Source: an uncultured bacterium (lineage in GTDB: Bacteria; Chlamydiota; Chlamydiia; Chlamydiales; SM23-39). From it: a stretch of 64,000 nucleotides of DNA. The DNA lies in the NCBI GenBank assembly GCA_963716985.1, contig OY970323.1:32001-96000 (forward strand), written 5' to 3'. The notes below the pieces were generated by a model. That model worked only from the letters and a program-made list of their open reading frames with translations. It made no database searches and was not told where the DNA came from. This document shows, one piece after another, positions 8,151 to 18,443 of this stretch (its first letter is position 1; the number at the start of each line of letters is the position of its first letter). A program made the translations under genes and the position numbers.

Positions 8151-9979
8151 AATTAAAAATTCTGCAGCAATGGAAATCAGATCCGATCTGGTCTTTGTTT
8201 TTTGAAAAAAAAGGAGTCCTTCTAGCTGTTCTCATTCTGTTTTTAAACCTTTTTGCGGCATTTTTCGAAGGGGCCTCTTTCGGCTCGATTCTTCTCGCAT
8301 TTTCTTCTCTGAGTGGAATCGAATCCATGAACGTATCTTCGATTCCTGTGCTTAAAAACCTTCCTTTGCAACACATCTCTCAAAACTATCTTTTCACTCT
8401 TTTTGTCATTTCCGCCGTGATGCTGCAAACATTGCGCAGCGGCATTAGCTATGTTGCCCAGTACCTTTCGGCAAAACTCTCGTTAAAAATTCAGATGGAG
8501 GCGCAGGTAAAGGTATATGAGCAAATCTTGCGATTTACCTTTCCCTTCGTCAGCCAATATAAAGTCGGGGATCTGGTCAAATATGCAGACGCGCCTGCAG
8601 CCGTCATCCCCATTTTTTTTTATTATGCCAATCAGATCATCGTCTCTTCCTGCATGATCCTGGTCGCAGTGGGAACGATGTTTTATTTGAATATTCCCTT
8701 AACTTGCGTGGCCTTTTTTCTTTTTTCTTCATTTGGCTTTTTGCAGCGCATCATCATTCGCAAAATCGTCCAGCTTTCCAAAAACCTGACCGATCACATC
8801 ACGGAGTTTTCCAAACATGCGGTGCAGAGCCTCTATGCCATGCGGGCCATCCACACATTCAATCGACAAGAAAGTTTTTTTAAAAAAATTGTTGGCACCC
8901 TGCAAGAGATTGTTTTTTCCAGTCAGAAAATCAATCTCTGGAACAATGCAATACCCGCCATCAATGAGATTGTAGGGATTTTGCTGGTCGGCATCCTTCT
9001 GGTTTTTGGAGCCTTTTTCTTAAAAGATTCTTCCAAAAACTTTCTGCCGATTTTGATGACCTTTCTTCTGGTCTCCTATCGATTGTCCACAAAAGTACAA
9101 TTTGTCATCGGCGGGATCGGAGGGATTGCGGCACAGACCGGCTACTTGCTAAGGCTTAAGGAAATACTCGATGAAAAAGGAAAGGAATTTATCAGCAATA
9201 AAGGGGAAAAGTTTTCTCTCTTAAAAAAGGAAATTGCATTCAAAAACGTTTCTTTGAGCTATTTGAAAAACAAGCGCTTTGCCATTCAGAATTTTTCACT
9301 CGTGGTCCCGAAGGGAAAAATTATTGCTCTTGTGGGAGCATCCGGCGCCGGAAAGTCTTCCCTTATCGATCTCATCATTCGACTGTATGATCCGACAGAG
9401 GGACAAATTTTAGTCAACGGCGTCGATCTTCGCTCTTATGAATTGGGAAGCTGGAGGAAAGCGCTCGGAGTCGTTAGCCAAGATACCATTATTTTTAATG
9501 AGTCGATCGAAGAAAACATCCTTTTTGGCCATCCGAAAGCAACAAGTAAACAAATCATCGAAGCCGCAAAGCTCGCTCACGCCCATGAATTTATCCAACA
9601 GTTGCCGCAAGGGTATCAGACCTCTGTTGGCGAGAGAGGATATCGCCTATCGGGCGGCGAGCGGCAAAGGCTGGCGCTGGCCCGTGTGTTCTTACGAGAT
9701 CCGCAAATATTAATACTCGATGAGGCAACTAGTAGTCTGGATAGCCACTCAGAGCGGATGATCCAAGATGCGATAGAGGTTTTTATTCAAAGAAAAAAGA
9801 CCATTTTCGTCGTGGCCCATCGGCTCTCCACCATTTACAAGGCCGATGAGATTTTGGTTTTGCATGACGGACAAATAATCGAAAAAGGAAATCATCAAGC
9901 TCTGCTTGAAAAAAAGGGCTCCTATTTTCAGTTTTGGTCCTTGCAATCTCCCGAAAAATCCTTACAAAAAAGTCTATGA
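8147..9979 (+). CDS. ABC transporter, fused TMD-NBD (MsbA/PglK/HepA-like glycan flippase)
   Basis: Multiple TM segments, Walker A GASGAGKS, signature LSGGERQR, Walker B ILILDEATSSLD, AHRLST. Embedded among GT2 genes. Confidence 0.9.
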   Translation: MKLKILQQWKSDPIWSLFFEKKGVLLAVLILFLNLFAAFFEGASFGSILLAFSSLSGIESMNVSSIPVLKNLPLQHISQNYLFTLFVISAVMLQTLRSGISYVAQYLSAKLSLKIQMEAQVKVYEQILRFTFPFVSQYKVGDLVKYADAPAAVIPIFFYYANQIIVSSCMILVAVGTMFYLNIPLTCVAFFLFSSFGFLQRIIIRKIVQLSKNLTDHITEFSKHAVQSLYAMRAIHTFNRQESFFKKIVGTLQEIVFSSQKINLWNNAIPAINEIVGILLVGILLVFGAFFLKDSSKNFLPILMTFLLVSYRLSTKVQFVIGGIGGIAAQTGYLLRLKEILDEKGKEFISNKGEKFSLLKKEIAFKNVSLSYLKNKRFAIQNFSLVVPKGKIIALVGASGAGKSSLIDLIIRLYDPTEGQILVNGVDLRSYELGSWRKALGVVSQDTIIFNESIEENILFGHPKATSKQIIEAAKLAHAHEFIQQLPQGYQTSVGERGYRLSGGERQRLALARVFLRDPQILILDEATSSLDSHSERMIQDAIEVFIQRKKTIFVVAHRLSTIYKADEILVLHDGQIIEKGNHQALLEKKGSYFQFWSLQSPEKSLQKSL

Positions 9980-11010
9980 CGAATCCCTTAATTACAACGA
10001 TTATTCCCACATATAGACGTCCGAAATCCTTAACGCAGGCCATCCAAAGCGTTTTAGAGCAAAGCTTTACTTGCCTACGTGTATGTGTGTATGACAATGC
10101 CTCCGGAGATGAGACGAAAGAAGTTGTGGAAGAATGGATAAAAAAAGATGCCCGCGTTCACTATTTTTGCCATGAAAAAAACATCGGCAGCAATGCAAAT
10201 TTCCACTTTGGACTTGCGCAAGTAAAGACTCCCTATTTTTCCTTCCTGTCCGATGATGATTTTCTCTTTCCTGCGTTTTACAAAGAGGCGATCGATCAAT
10301 TGCAAAAATTCCCTAACGCTGCCTTTTTTGGAGGATCTACGCTTTTTATAGATGAAAAGGGAAAAGTTCTCGAGCTGCAAGGAATAAACCTAAAAGAGGG
10401 GTATCACCCTCGTTCCACCATTTTCCCAAGCAACAACTGGAGCTCGCATCTCTTCCGTACAAAAGAAGCCAAGCAAGTGGATCTCAACCCCGAGATCTAT
10501 TTTCTGGATGCAGCTTTTATGATACGAATGTACTCTCATTATCCCCAAGTGCTCTCTTTAACCCCTTGCGCGGTATTTCGAAGACATCCTCTGGGACTTT
10601 CTTCGCAATGCTCTTCGCAAGAGCTCCATGACCATTATCAAAAACTAATCCATGTTTTAAATGAGGATACTCATATTTCCGAAACAATGCGGACAACTGC
10701 TAGAATCGTCGTAAAAAATTTGCTCAAAGGTCAAATTTTCTCTAAAAGCTTGCGATTCATTGTGGAGAAAAACTACCAAAAAGCTTGGAGCGAAAGACTT
10801 TTGCTCGAAAAACTCGTGCAAGACAAACAAAAAAGCTTGTCTTTAGGCCTTCTTCTCATGCTTTGTCAAAAGAGCTGCTTTGTCCATCAAATCTTTTGCT
10901 ACTTGCTCCATTTTTTACGCTTGCTCAAGAACAGAAAGAAGAAAATCACTCTTCCAGATGGGTGTCTTTCCGTCCTGGAAAAATTTACATACTTTGAGGC
11001 GGAAGTGTAG
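9976..11010 (+). CDS. Glycosyltransferase family 2
   Basis: IIPTYRRP, YDNASGD, KNIG, LSDDD. The ATG at 9976 overlaps the ABC gene stop (ATGA). Confidence 0.9.
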   Translation: MTNPLITTIIPTYRRPKSLTQAIQSVLEQSFTCLRVCVYDNASGDETKEVVEEWIKKDARVHYFCHEKNIGSNANFHFGLAQVKTPYFSFLSDDDFLFPAFYKEAIDQLQKFPNAAFFGGSTLFIDEKGKVLELQGINLKEGYHPRSTIFPSNNWSSHLFRTKEAKQVDLNPEIYFLDAAFMIRMYSHYPQVLSLTPCAVFRRHPLGLSSQCSSQELHDHYQKLIHVLNEDTHISETMRTTARIVVKNLLKGQIFSKSLRFIVEKNYQKAWSERLLLEKLVQDKQKSLSLGLLLMLCQKSCFVHQIFCYLLHFLRLLKNRKKKITLPDGCLSVLEKFTYFEAEV

Positions 11011-11124
11011 ATTGGAAGAGATCTTTCATCGATCAATTTTGGCTGGCAAAATTTTTCCATTTTTCGCATACTTGTACTATGAGTTTTTTTACGTTGCGTA
11101 CATTTTGATCCCAATGATCTCATA

Positions 11125-11185
11125 CAAGAGGAGATGCGCTTTTTCCCGCCCCTAAAGGAGAGGATTTTTTCGCGCAGTCAATCGC
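11125..11185 (+). mobile_element. Degenerate right end of the same IS200/IS605-type element as 3378-3758
   Basis: 27 of 34 nt match 3699-3732 without gaps, then CGCGC(A/T)GTCAA, again directly before ATGAAA. Confidence 0.6.
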
Positions 11186-12385
11186 ATGAAATTTTCTGTC
11201 TTATTACCCACTCGAAATCGCTTAGAATTTTTAAAATATTCGCTTCAGTCCGTTCTCTCCCAGGATTATCAGAACTGGGAAGTGATCCTTTCTGACAATT
11301 TTTCTGATCAAGATATTCAAGGATATATCCAATCGCTCAATGAGCCCAGAATCAAATATTCGAGAACCGAGAGTTTTTTATCGGTCACTGAAAACTGGAA
11401 TAGAACCATTGAAAAAATCACCGGCGATTACGTGATTATGCTGGGAGATGATGATTGCCTCATGCAAGGCTATTTCACCACCATTTGCAATCTCATGAAA
11501 CAATATCCCGACCCCGATTTGATCTATACAAGCGGCTATCTTTATGCTTATCCCGGAGTGGTCCAAGAATTTCCTCAAGGATTTCTGAGAAAATCGGGAA
11601 ATGCAAGATTTTTTCAATCTCGACAAGAGCCTTTTTGGATCAGGCAGGAAGAGGCGTTTCAATTGGTCTCCCATTCGTTGAATTTCGAGATGTTTTTTCT
11701 TTATAACATGCAGTATGTTTTGATCAGCAATGCCTTGATAAAGAAGATCCAAAAAAACGGGAAGTTTTTCCACTCCTCCTATCCCGACTATTATGCGATG
11801 AATGCACTCATGTTGCATGCAGAGCGCATTCTTGCCTGTCCTGATTGTTTAGTAATTGTCGGCATTTGCCCCAAGTCTGCCGGAGCGTTTTTCTGGAATC
11901 AGAAAGAAAAGCAAGCAGCAGAATTATTAAATGATTCTTCCCCTCTTGAAAAACAGATGGAGTCGATCGTTCTTCCGGGCGCTGCCATGACCACTTCCTG
12001 GCTCCTAGCCATGGAAGCATTAAAGGAAAATTTCAAAGATTTTTTTCCGTTAGAGGTGAATTATAAAAGATATAGAACCCTGCAAATTTTAGAATTCTAT
12101 AAGAATTGGACAAAAAATGGTGCTTATGACGAGGGACAGCTCTCTCTTCTTTGGAAAAAAATGGAGAGGAAAGAAAAACTATTTTATGGAGCACCTCTTC
12201 ATCTGATCTCTTTTTTCCTCCGCGCAATTGGAAAACTATTCGGGAAAAAATTTGTCAAACAATTAGTCACTGTTGCAAAGGGTTCCCCGAAACATTTCTA
12301 TCAAGAGATTCCTCAAAATTTTGCAACGATTCAGGAGGTTTGGAATCATCTAAACCCACCAACCAAAAACAGCTTTCTCTTATAA
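11186..12385 (+). CDS. Glycosyltransferase family 2
   Basis: MKFSVLLPTRNR, SDNFSD, GDYVIMLGDDD. Confidence 0.9.
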   Translation: MKFSVLLPTRNRLEFLKYSLQSVLSQDYQNWEVILSDNFSDQDIQGYIQSLNEPRIKYSRTESFLSVTENWNRTIEKITGDYVIMLGDDDCLMQGYFTTICNLMKQYPDPDLIYTSGYLYAYPGVVQEFPQGFLRKSGNARFFQSRQEPFWIRQEEAFQLVSHSLNFEMFFLYNMQYVLISNALIKKIQKNGKFFHSSYPDYYAMNALMLHAERILACPDCLVIVGICPKSAGAFFWNQKEKQAAELLNDSSPLEKQMESIVLPGAAMTTSWLLAMEALKENFKDFFPLEVNYKRYRTLQILEFYKNWTKNGAYDEGQLSLLWKKMERKEKLFYGAPLHLISFFLRAIGKLFGKKFVKQLVTVAKGSPKHFYQEIPQNFATIQEVWNHLNPPTKNSFLL

Positions 12386-12405
12386 AGGCTTAAAAGATAC
12401 CCTTC

Positions 12406-13440
12406 ATGGAAAAGCTACTCATTACTACCGTCATTCCAACATTCAAACGGCCCCGCTTACTAGAGCGAGCGCTTTCGAGCGTTTGCAGCCAAACAATGCC
12501 CCATTTCCAGGTATGCGTTTACGATAACGCCTCCAATGACGGAACAGAAGCGGTGGTGAAGGAATTCTTAAAAAAAGATTCTCGCGTCCAATATCATTGC
12601 CATCCACAAAACATCGGGATGATGAACAACTATCAATATGCGCTCTCTCGCATTACGACGCCTTTCTTTTCCATTCTTTCCGACGACGATCTTTTGTTTC
12701 CCTGGTTTTACGAAACTACCATGCGCGGATTTTCGCAATTTCCAGAAGCTTTTTTTTCTGCTTCTTCCGCGATTATCATGTCCTCTGAAAAAAAAACATT
12801 AAGAGTTCCCCTGGATCTCTGGAAGAAAGAGGGCTTTTTTCAGCCGCCCTCTGCTCTTGCTGAAATGATCTCTCAATATCCTGTACCTACATGCATAATC
12901 TTTCGGCGAGAAGTATTGGACTTAATACCCATTGATACAGCCAATCTCCTCGTTTGGGATTGTGATTTTTTGATTCAAATCGCTTCCCGCTTTCCCATTT
13001 TTACCATCAAGCAGCCTTGCGGAATTTTCATGCAGCACCCCTCCTCCTTTTCCTTTTCTCAAAACATAAAGCTTTGGAGAGTTTCCTTCGCAAAAATGAA
13101 AGAAAAATTTATTGCCCACAGCTCGCTACCTTTCTTCATAAAGATTAAAGTGGGCCGCCTCTTTGGGAAAGAAATCAAACAAATGGATCGAGGAGCGATC
13201 CTTGTCAACCTCTTTCATAAAAATTTTAAAAAAGCTCTTCTTTATGCACTAAGATATAAAAAATACCATGGATGGAGCATCAAGACCTTTCTTTTTTTGA
13301 TCACAACCAGAGCTTGCCTCTTTTTTTCCCCTACTTTGTATCTGCTCATCTTCCTTCGCGGCATCAAGCGTCTTTTTAAGAAAAAACTCTTTCCTCCGCA
13401 GAATCTCGCCGCCTATGATCATTATGCAAAATGGCTCTAA
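12406..13440 (+). CDS. Glycosyltransferase family 2
   Basis: VIPTFKRP, YDNASND, QNIG, LSDDD. Paralog of the genes at 7107 and 9976. Confidence 0.9.
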   Translation: MEKLLITTVIPTFKRPRLLERALSSVCSQTMPHFQVCVYDNASNDGTEAVVKEFLKKDSRVQYHCHPQNIGMMNNYQYALSRITTPFFSILSDDDLLFPWFYETTMRGFSQFPEAFFSASSAIIMSSEKKTLRVPLDLWKKEGFFQPPSALAEMISQYPVPTCIIFRREVLDLIPIDTANLLVWDCDFLIQIASRFPIFTIKQPCGIFMQHPSSFSFSQNIKLWRVSFAKMKEKFIAHSSLPFFIKIKVGRLFGKEIKQMDRGAILVNLFHKNFKKALLYALRYKKYHGWSIKTFLFLITTRACLFFSPTLYLLIFLRGIKRLFKKKLFPPQNLAAYDHYAKWL

Positions 13441-13604
13441 AAGAAAAAATTTCCCATAAGGTTTTTTTCCTTCGCAGAACCATCCAATCGTTAAAAAATA
13501 TTTAGGACAGAACAATCGGCGCTCTCTTCAAACGAAATCGCAAAAGCCACTCTATTGTCTTGGAACAAATGCTTCATCGATGGAAAAGTATCTGATCGTT
13601 TAGA

Positions 13605-14507
13605 TCACCCAATAGATCGTTGATCTTTCCACCATTCGATCGTCTGCTCCAACGCATGAAAGAGCTCATATTTTGGGCGCCATGGAACTTCCTGAAAAAG
13701 CCGCTTAGCTTCGGCAATCATCGGCAAGAAACTGCCCTCATTTTTTCTGAATCGAACCAAATCGATCGCATCCATTTTTTCTGCAATTGATGCAACCATC
13801 TGCTTGATAGAAACATTTGTGCCGGAAGCAATATTGACCGATCCCTGGACCGAACTGTCGAGCAGGCAAACAAAGGCTTCGGCAACATCTTTCACATATA
13901 AAAAATCGCGCTCCAGATCGCCCTGCGCACAAAGGAACTCTTTGCCCTGTAGAAGGGAAGAGATGAGGGAAGGAATCAATCGCTCTTTTTGCTCGTGAGG
14001 GCCAAAGAGATAAAAAATTCTCCCCCAGGCAAAACTCAATCCTTGCAAATGGGAAAATTGCGCAGCCATTCGATGTAAAGCAGATTTACAAGTCCCATAT
14101 AATCCTTGGGACTGAAGCGGCATTTCATCTTCTCTGCATAAAGGGTTTTTCCAGTCGTATTCCGCACAGCTTCCGGCCATCACAGCCCGCTTTCCGCCGT
14201 GATGAGCAAAGCTTTTTAACAAATGTAGGCTTTGCCCAACGCAATCGAGATTCTCCGGAGCATTCCAATAGAGTCCATGCTTCGCATACCAGGCCAGATG
14301 CAAAAGAAACTCGGGCTTTACTCTCTCGAGAAAGGAATCGATCTGCTCGGCATGGGAAAGATCGATTTTTTCCCAAAAAACAGAGGAATCTGCTCTTGGT
14401 ATTTCATTTCTGGTAATCGCAAATACCTCAAATCCTCTTTCCAATAAAAAAGGAATGCAGTGGCGACCGATAAATCCACTGCTTCCGGTAACAAGAACTT
14501 TTTTCAT
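13605..14507 (-). CDS. NAD-dependent epimerase/dehydratase (NDP-4-keto sugar reductase, abequose-synthase-like)
   Basis: VTGSSGFIG, HLAWY, GSCAEY, YGTCK (YxxxK), RDFLYVKDVA. Confidence 0.85.
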   Translation of the reverse strand: MKKVLVTGSSGFIGRHCIPFLLERGFEVFAITRNEIPRADSSVFWEKIDLSHAEQIDSFLERVKPEFLLHLAWYAKHGLYWNAPENLDCVGQSLHLLKSFAHHGGKRAVMAGSCAEYDWKNPLCREDEMPLQSQGLYGTCKSALHRMAAQFSHLQGLSFAWGRIFYLFGPHEQKERLIPSLISSLLQGKEFLCAQGDLERDFLYVKDVAEAFVCLLDSSVQGSVNIASGTNVSIKQMVASIAEKMDAIDLVRFRKNEGSFLPMIAEAKRLFQEVPWRPKYELFHALEQTIEWWKDQRSIG

Positions 14508-15034
14508 AAGGGAAAGTCCGGAAAGATTTGGTCTTTTGCCGAAAGGATAGGAGAGGGATCGGGCCAGGAAATCGCAAAAGCCGGGTCATTCCAGCGAACT
14601 CCTCGCGCAAGAGAGGAAACGTAGGGTGCAGACATCTGATAAAAAAGCTCCGCATGATCGCTTAACGTTTGAAACCCATGCGCAAACCCCGCCGGGATAT
14701 ATAGGATGTGCCGATTGTCTTCGTTCAAGAGAAAGCTCTGCCACTTTTTGAACGTAGGAGATTCGGGCCGAAGATCTATGATCACATCAAAAATCGCCCC
14801 CCTGATGCAGCGCACGCATTTGACCTCTTCCGCGGGCTCTATTTGATAATGCATGCCGCGCAATGTGCCTTTTTTTCGGTTATACGAGAGATTGCATTGA
14901 ACAAAATTTGCCTGCAAGCCATGCGTTGCAAACTCTTCTTGGCAAAAGGACCTCGCAAAAAAACCCCTTTCATCTTCTAAAAGCTCATGTTCAATAAGAA
15001 TGGCATCCTTTAATAAGGTGGGCAGAAACTTCAT
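14504..15034 (-). CDS. rfbC: NDP-4-keto-6-deoxyhexose 3,5-epimerase (RmlC/RfbC family)
   Basis: DERGFFAR, GTLRGMHYQ, DVIIDLRP, IPAGFAHGFQTL, RWNDP. Confidence 0.9.
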   Translation of the reverse strand: MKFLPTLLKDAILIEHELLEDERGFFARSFCQEEFATHGLQANFVQCNLSYNRKKGTLRGMHYQIEPAEEVKCVRCIRGAIFDVIIDLRPESPTFKKWQSFLLNEDNRHILYIPAGFAHGFQTLSDHAELFYQMSAPYVSSLARGVRWNDPAFAISWPDPSPILSAKDQIFPDFPL

Positions 15035-16290
15035 GGAAAAACCTCAAGCTTTGGGATAGCCACAACAAATTTCCCTCCCCATGAGCGGATATGCGACATT
15101 TGGTCCATGATCTCATTTTTTATATTCCAAGGCAGTATCAAGAGATAGTCGGGCTTTTCCATTTTCAAATCCTCCGGCTTCTTGATAGGAATATGCGTTC
15201 CTGGCAAAAAACGCCCTTGCTTATGGGGGCTAATATCGACGGTAAAGGGAAGAAGGCCTGGAGTCACCTGACAAAAGTTCAACAGGGTATTTCCCTTAGC
15301 CGGAGCCCCATAGCCTGCCACCTTTCGATTGTTTTTCTTGCAATCCTTCAAAAACTTTAAGAGGTCTTCTTTGACGGCTTCGACCTTATTAGGGAAGGAA
15401 AGATAGGACTCTTTGCAAGCCAATCCCATAGAGGTTTCTTTTTCCCGCAAGAGGCCCACAGAGGGCAATATCTCTTTTGTAAGATCCTTGGTATGTTTCG
15501 CATAGATTCGTATCGATCCCCCATGGGTGGGAATCTCCTCTACATCGAACAGGGTCAGGCCGTGCGCGGCAAAAACCTTTTCAACGGTCAGAAAGCTAAA
15601 ATAGGAAAAGTGTTCGTGATAGATCGTGTCAAACTGCACGTTTTGGATCAGCTGTAAGAGATGCGGAAACTCCATCGTGACAATCCCCTTGTCGTTCAAA
15701 AGGATCTTCATCCCTTCGACAAAGTCGTTGAGGTCGGGCACATGGGCCAGAACATTATTGCCAATGATCAGATCGGGCAGTTTTTTTTCTTTCTTCAGCT
15801 CTTTGGCCAGCTCTGTGCCAAAAAATTTTGCAATGGTGGGAATGCCGGAGGTGCGAGCAATTGCAGCCACATTTTCAGCAGGCTCAATGCCAAGAATGGG
15901 AATGCGGAACTCCTTAAAAAATTGCAAGAGGTACCCATCGTTGCTCGCAAGCTCCATCACAAAATGGCAAGAGGTCAGGCCAAACCTTTTCACCATTGTT
16001 TTCACATATTCCTGACAATGCGCAAGCCAGCTGCTTGAGTAAGAGGAGAAGTAGGCATAGTCCTTAAATATTTCTTGCGGGGATTGAAATTCCTGCAGCT
16101 GCACCAGAAGGCAGGAGGGGCAAAGGAGTGCATGAAGAGGATAAGCGGGCTCATCTTTCCCCAAGTCGTTTGCAAAAAGATAGGAGTTGGAAAGGGGGGT
16201 TTTTCCTAAATCGCAAAAAGTTTGCAATTTTTTTTCTCCGCAAAAGCGGCATCTTGTTTCCATTACACTGTTTTTCAAAGTCTTTTTCAT
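15031..16290 (-). CDS. NDP-hexose C-methyltransferase (TcaB9/EryBIII/NovU type)
   Basis: Zn-binding CRFCG..CPSC, ELASNDGYLL, GNNVLAHVPD, FDTIYHEHFSYFS, THGGSIR, GYGAPAKGNTLLN. Confidence 0.9.
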   Translation of the reverse strand: MKKTLKNSVMETRCRFCGEKKLQTFCDLGKTPLSNSYLFANDLGKDEPAYPLHALLCPSCLLVQLQEFQSPQEIFKDYAYFSSYSSSWLAHCQEYVKTMVKRFGLTSCHFVMELASNDGYLLQFFKEFRIPILGIEPAENVAAIARTSGIPTIAKFFGTELAKELKKEKKLPDLIIGNNVLAHVPDLNDFVEGMKILLNDKGIVTMEFPHLLQLIQNVQFDTIYHEHFSYFSFLTVEKVFAAHGLTLFDVEEIPTHGGSIRIYAKHTKDLTKEILPSVGLLREKETSMGLACKESYLSFPNKVEAVKEDLLKFLKDCKKNNRKVAGYGAPAKGNTLLNFCQVTPGLLPFTVDISPHKQGRFLPGTHIPIKKPEDLKMEKPDYLLILPWNIKNEIMDQMSHIRSWGGKFVVAIPKLEVFP

Positions 16291-16324
16291 GATGTTTTTG
16301 GGTTGATGGTGAAAGAACAATTCG

Positions 16325-17332
16325 TCAGCAGCAAGAAAAGGATCGCGTATGTTTTCTCTCCTTAGAAAAAAATCTCTGATACCATTCGATCGTTTGCTGC
16401 AATCCCTCTTCGATAGAAAAGTGCGACTCCCAGCCAAGAATTTTTTTTGCTTTTTCAGAACTGAGGAATTGATGTGCTATCTCTGCCTTTGCGATCCCTA
16501 AAACGTTCGGTTGTAGATGGGGAACATTCATGAGCTTTTGAATCATCGCGACAATTTCCAACACAGAATAGGGACGGTTGGGGCCGAAATTAAACGCTTC
16601 TCCGCTAACCCCTTTTTCGCCGCTTTTTTCTGCCATTTTTAAATAGGCATCGACCGCATCTGCAACAAATAAATAATCGCGGGTCAGTGTGCCGTCGCTT
16701 CGAATTACAGGCGACTCTTCGTTAATAAAACTCTGAATCGTTCCGGGAACGATGCGGCTCCAATTCAAATCTCCTCCACCAAAGATATTTCCGCACCTTG
16801 CGACCACTAGGGGGAGATGAAAGGTATGAAAGTAGGAAAGAGAGAGTAAATCCGTGCAAGACTTGGAAACGTCATAGGGATGCGATCCTCGAAGGGGCAT
16901 GTTTTCGGTATAGGGAAGAAGCGCGCTTGTCCCATATGCTTTATCGCTAGAAGCAATCACAATTCTTTGCACTTTTTCCCTACATTCGCGGCACGCCTCC
17001 AAGAGAAGATAGGTGCCTCGGATATTGGATTCAAAAGTCTCCAAAGGGTCTCTAAGAGCTGCTCCGACAATGGTCTGCGCTCCCAAATGAATGACCGTAT
17101 CAACCTCATGCTGCACCAAGGCTCTTTTTATCGATGAGCCATCTTCAAGTCTTCCTTGAACAACAGAAATGTCATAAATTTCTTGGCTGCGAATCAGCTC
17201 GCTCTGCGGATCCCAATCGCGAATCAATGCAACGACATAGGCCTTTTCCTTCAAGAGTCTTTTGATCAGCCAAGAGCCTACAAGGCCGGTGGCTCCCGTG
17301 ACAAACACATGCTTATCCTTCCAAAAACTCAT
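16325..17332 (-). CDS. rfbG: CDP-glucose 4,6-dehydratase-like SDR
   Basis: MSFWKDKHVFVTGATGLVGSWL, ASSDKAYG, PYDVSKS, RCGNIFGGGD. Start overlaps the rfbF stop. Confidence 0.8.
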   Translation of the reverse strand: MSFWKDKHVFVTGATGLVGSWLIKRLLKEKAYVVALIRDWDPQSELIRSQEIYDISVVQGRLEDGSSIKRALVQHEVDTVIHLGAQTIVGAALRDPLETFESNIRGTYLLLEACRECREKVQRIVIASSDKAYGTSALLPYTENMPLRGSHPYDVSKSCTDLLSLSYFHTFHLPLVVARCGNIFGGGDLNWSRIVPGTIQSFINEESPVIRSDGTLTRDYLFVADAVDAYLKMAEKSGEKGVSGEAFNFGPNRPYSVLEIVAMIQKLMNVPHLQPNVLGIAKAEIAHQFLSSEKAKKILGWESHFSIEEGLQQTIEWYQRFFSKERKHTRSFSCC

Positions 17333-18156
17333 CGCGCAGCTTCCTCTTTTTTCATTTTCAAGAGTAGATCTTTGTTCTTCTCTTTTTTTTCCCAAATCTT
17401 CCAAGGAGCATTGCCCTTTTCCCAAAGATCTTCCAAGAGTTTGTGTTCCCGAAGCGTATCCATCGCCTGCCAAAAACCCTCGTGTTTGTAAGCCATCAAT
17501 TTTTGATCTTTTGCGAGATTTTCCAAAGGCTCTCGCTCCCAAGCAGTAGAATCGTCCTTAATATAATCGATTACTTCGGGCTCGAGAACAAAAAAACCTC
17601 CATTGATCCAACCTTCTCCGGTTTGCGGTTTTTCTAAAAATTCCACTACCCGGTCCCCCTCAAAGGAGAGCCCTCCAAAACGTGCGGGAGGACGGACGGC
17701 CGCGACCGTCGCTAAAGCGCCATGGCTTTTATGGAAGAGAAGCTCGTTTGCAATATTCAGGTCCGTCAACCCATCTCCATAAGTGAAGAGAAAGGTTTCG
17801 TTTCCGATCCATTTTTTCAATCGTTTGAGTCTTCCTCCCGTTTGGGTTTGCAAGCCCGTATCGACAAGATGGACGATCCAAGGAGGCGGCTCTTTTTCAT
17901 AAAGCCTCTCTTTACCGGTCGACAGATCGATCGTCACGTCGCAATTCAGGGGATAATAATTTAAGAAAAACTCTTTGACCATTTCTCCCTTATATCCAAG
18001 AGCAATGATGAATTCATTGATCCCATAAAAAGAATACAAACTCATGATATGCCAGAGAATGGGCATACCTCCGATCTTGATCATGGGTTTTGGACAACTT
18101 TCGGTTTTTTCTGCAAGACGCGTGCCAAGCCCACCGGCTAGAATGACAGCCTTCAT
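17329..18156 (-). CDS. rfbF: Glucose-1-phosphate cytidylyltransferase
   Basis: ILAGGLGTRL..PKPM, PILWHIM, VDTG..TQTGGRLKR, TYGDG, WINGGFFV, GFWQAMDTLRE. Confidence 0.95.
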   Translation of the reverse strand: MKAVILAGGLGTRLAEKTESCPKPMIKIGGMPILWHIMSLYSFYGINEFIIALGYKGEMVKEFFLNYYPLNCDVTIDLSTGKERLYEKEPPPWIVHLVDTGLQTQTGGRLKRLKKWIGNETFLFTYGDGLTDLNIANELLFHKSHGALATVAAVRPPARFGGLSFEGDRVVEFLEKPQTGEGWINGGFFVLEPEVIDYIKDDSTAWEREPLENLAKDQKLMAYKHEGFWQAMDTLREHKLLEDLWEKGNAPWKIWEKKEKNKDLLLKMKKEEAAR

Positions 18157-18443
18157 AACTTCCCTATTTTTTGAAACACATCTTCAACTTCTTCCGCCGA
18201 AATACCAAAAATTCCTGCTTCAATGCCTTTATACAGACTGATCACATGCTTTAGATCAGCGCTCTGGCGGTCATTTGTTCACATATTTTAAGACTCTTTT
18301 CGAGCCTTGAAAAGATTATAGGACAAGAATACGGCTTAAAACAAGCGCAATTCCTTCCATCATAAAAGACAGAAAGATTTTTCAGCCCCGAGAATTTTAT
18401 CTTAACGAGATCAGATCTTCCCAAAAGAAAAATGAACAAATTT

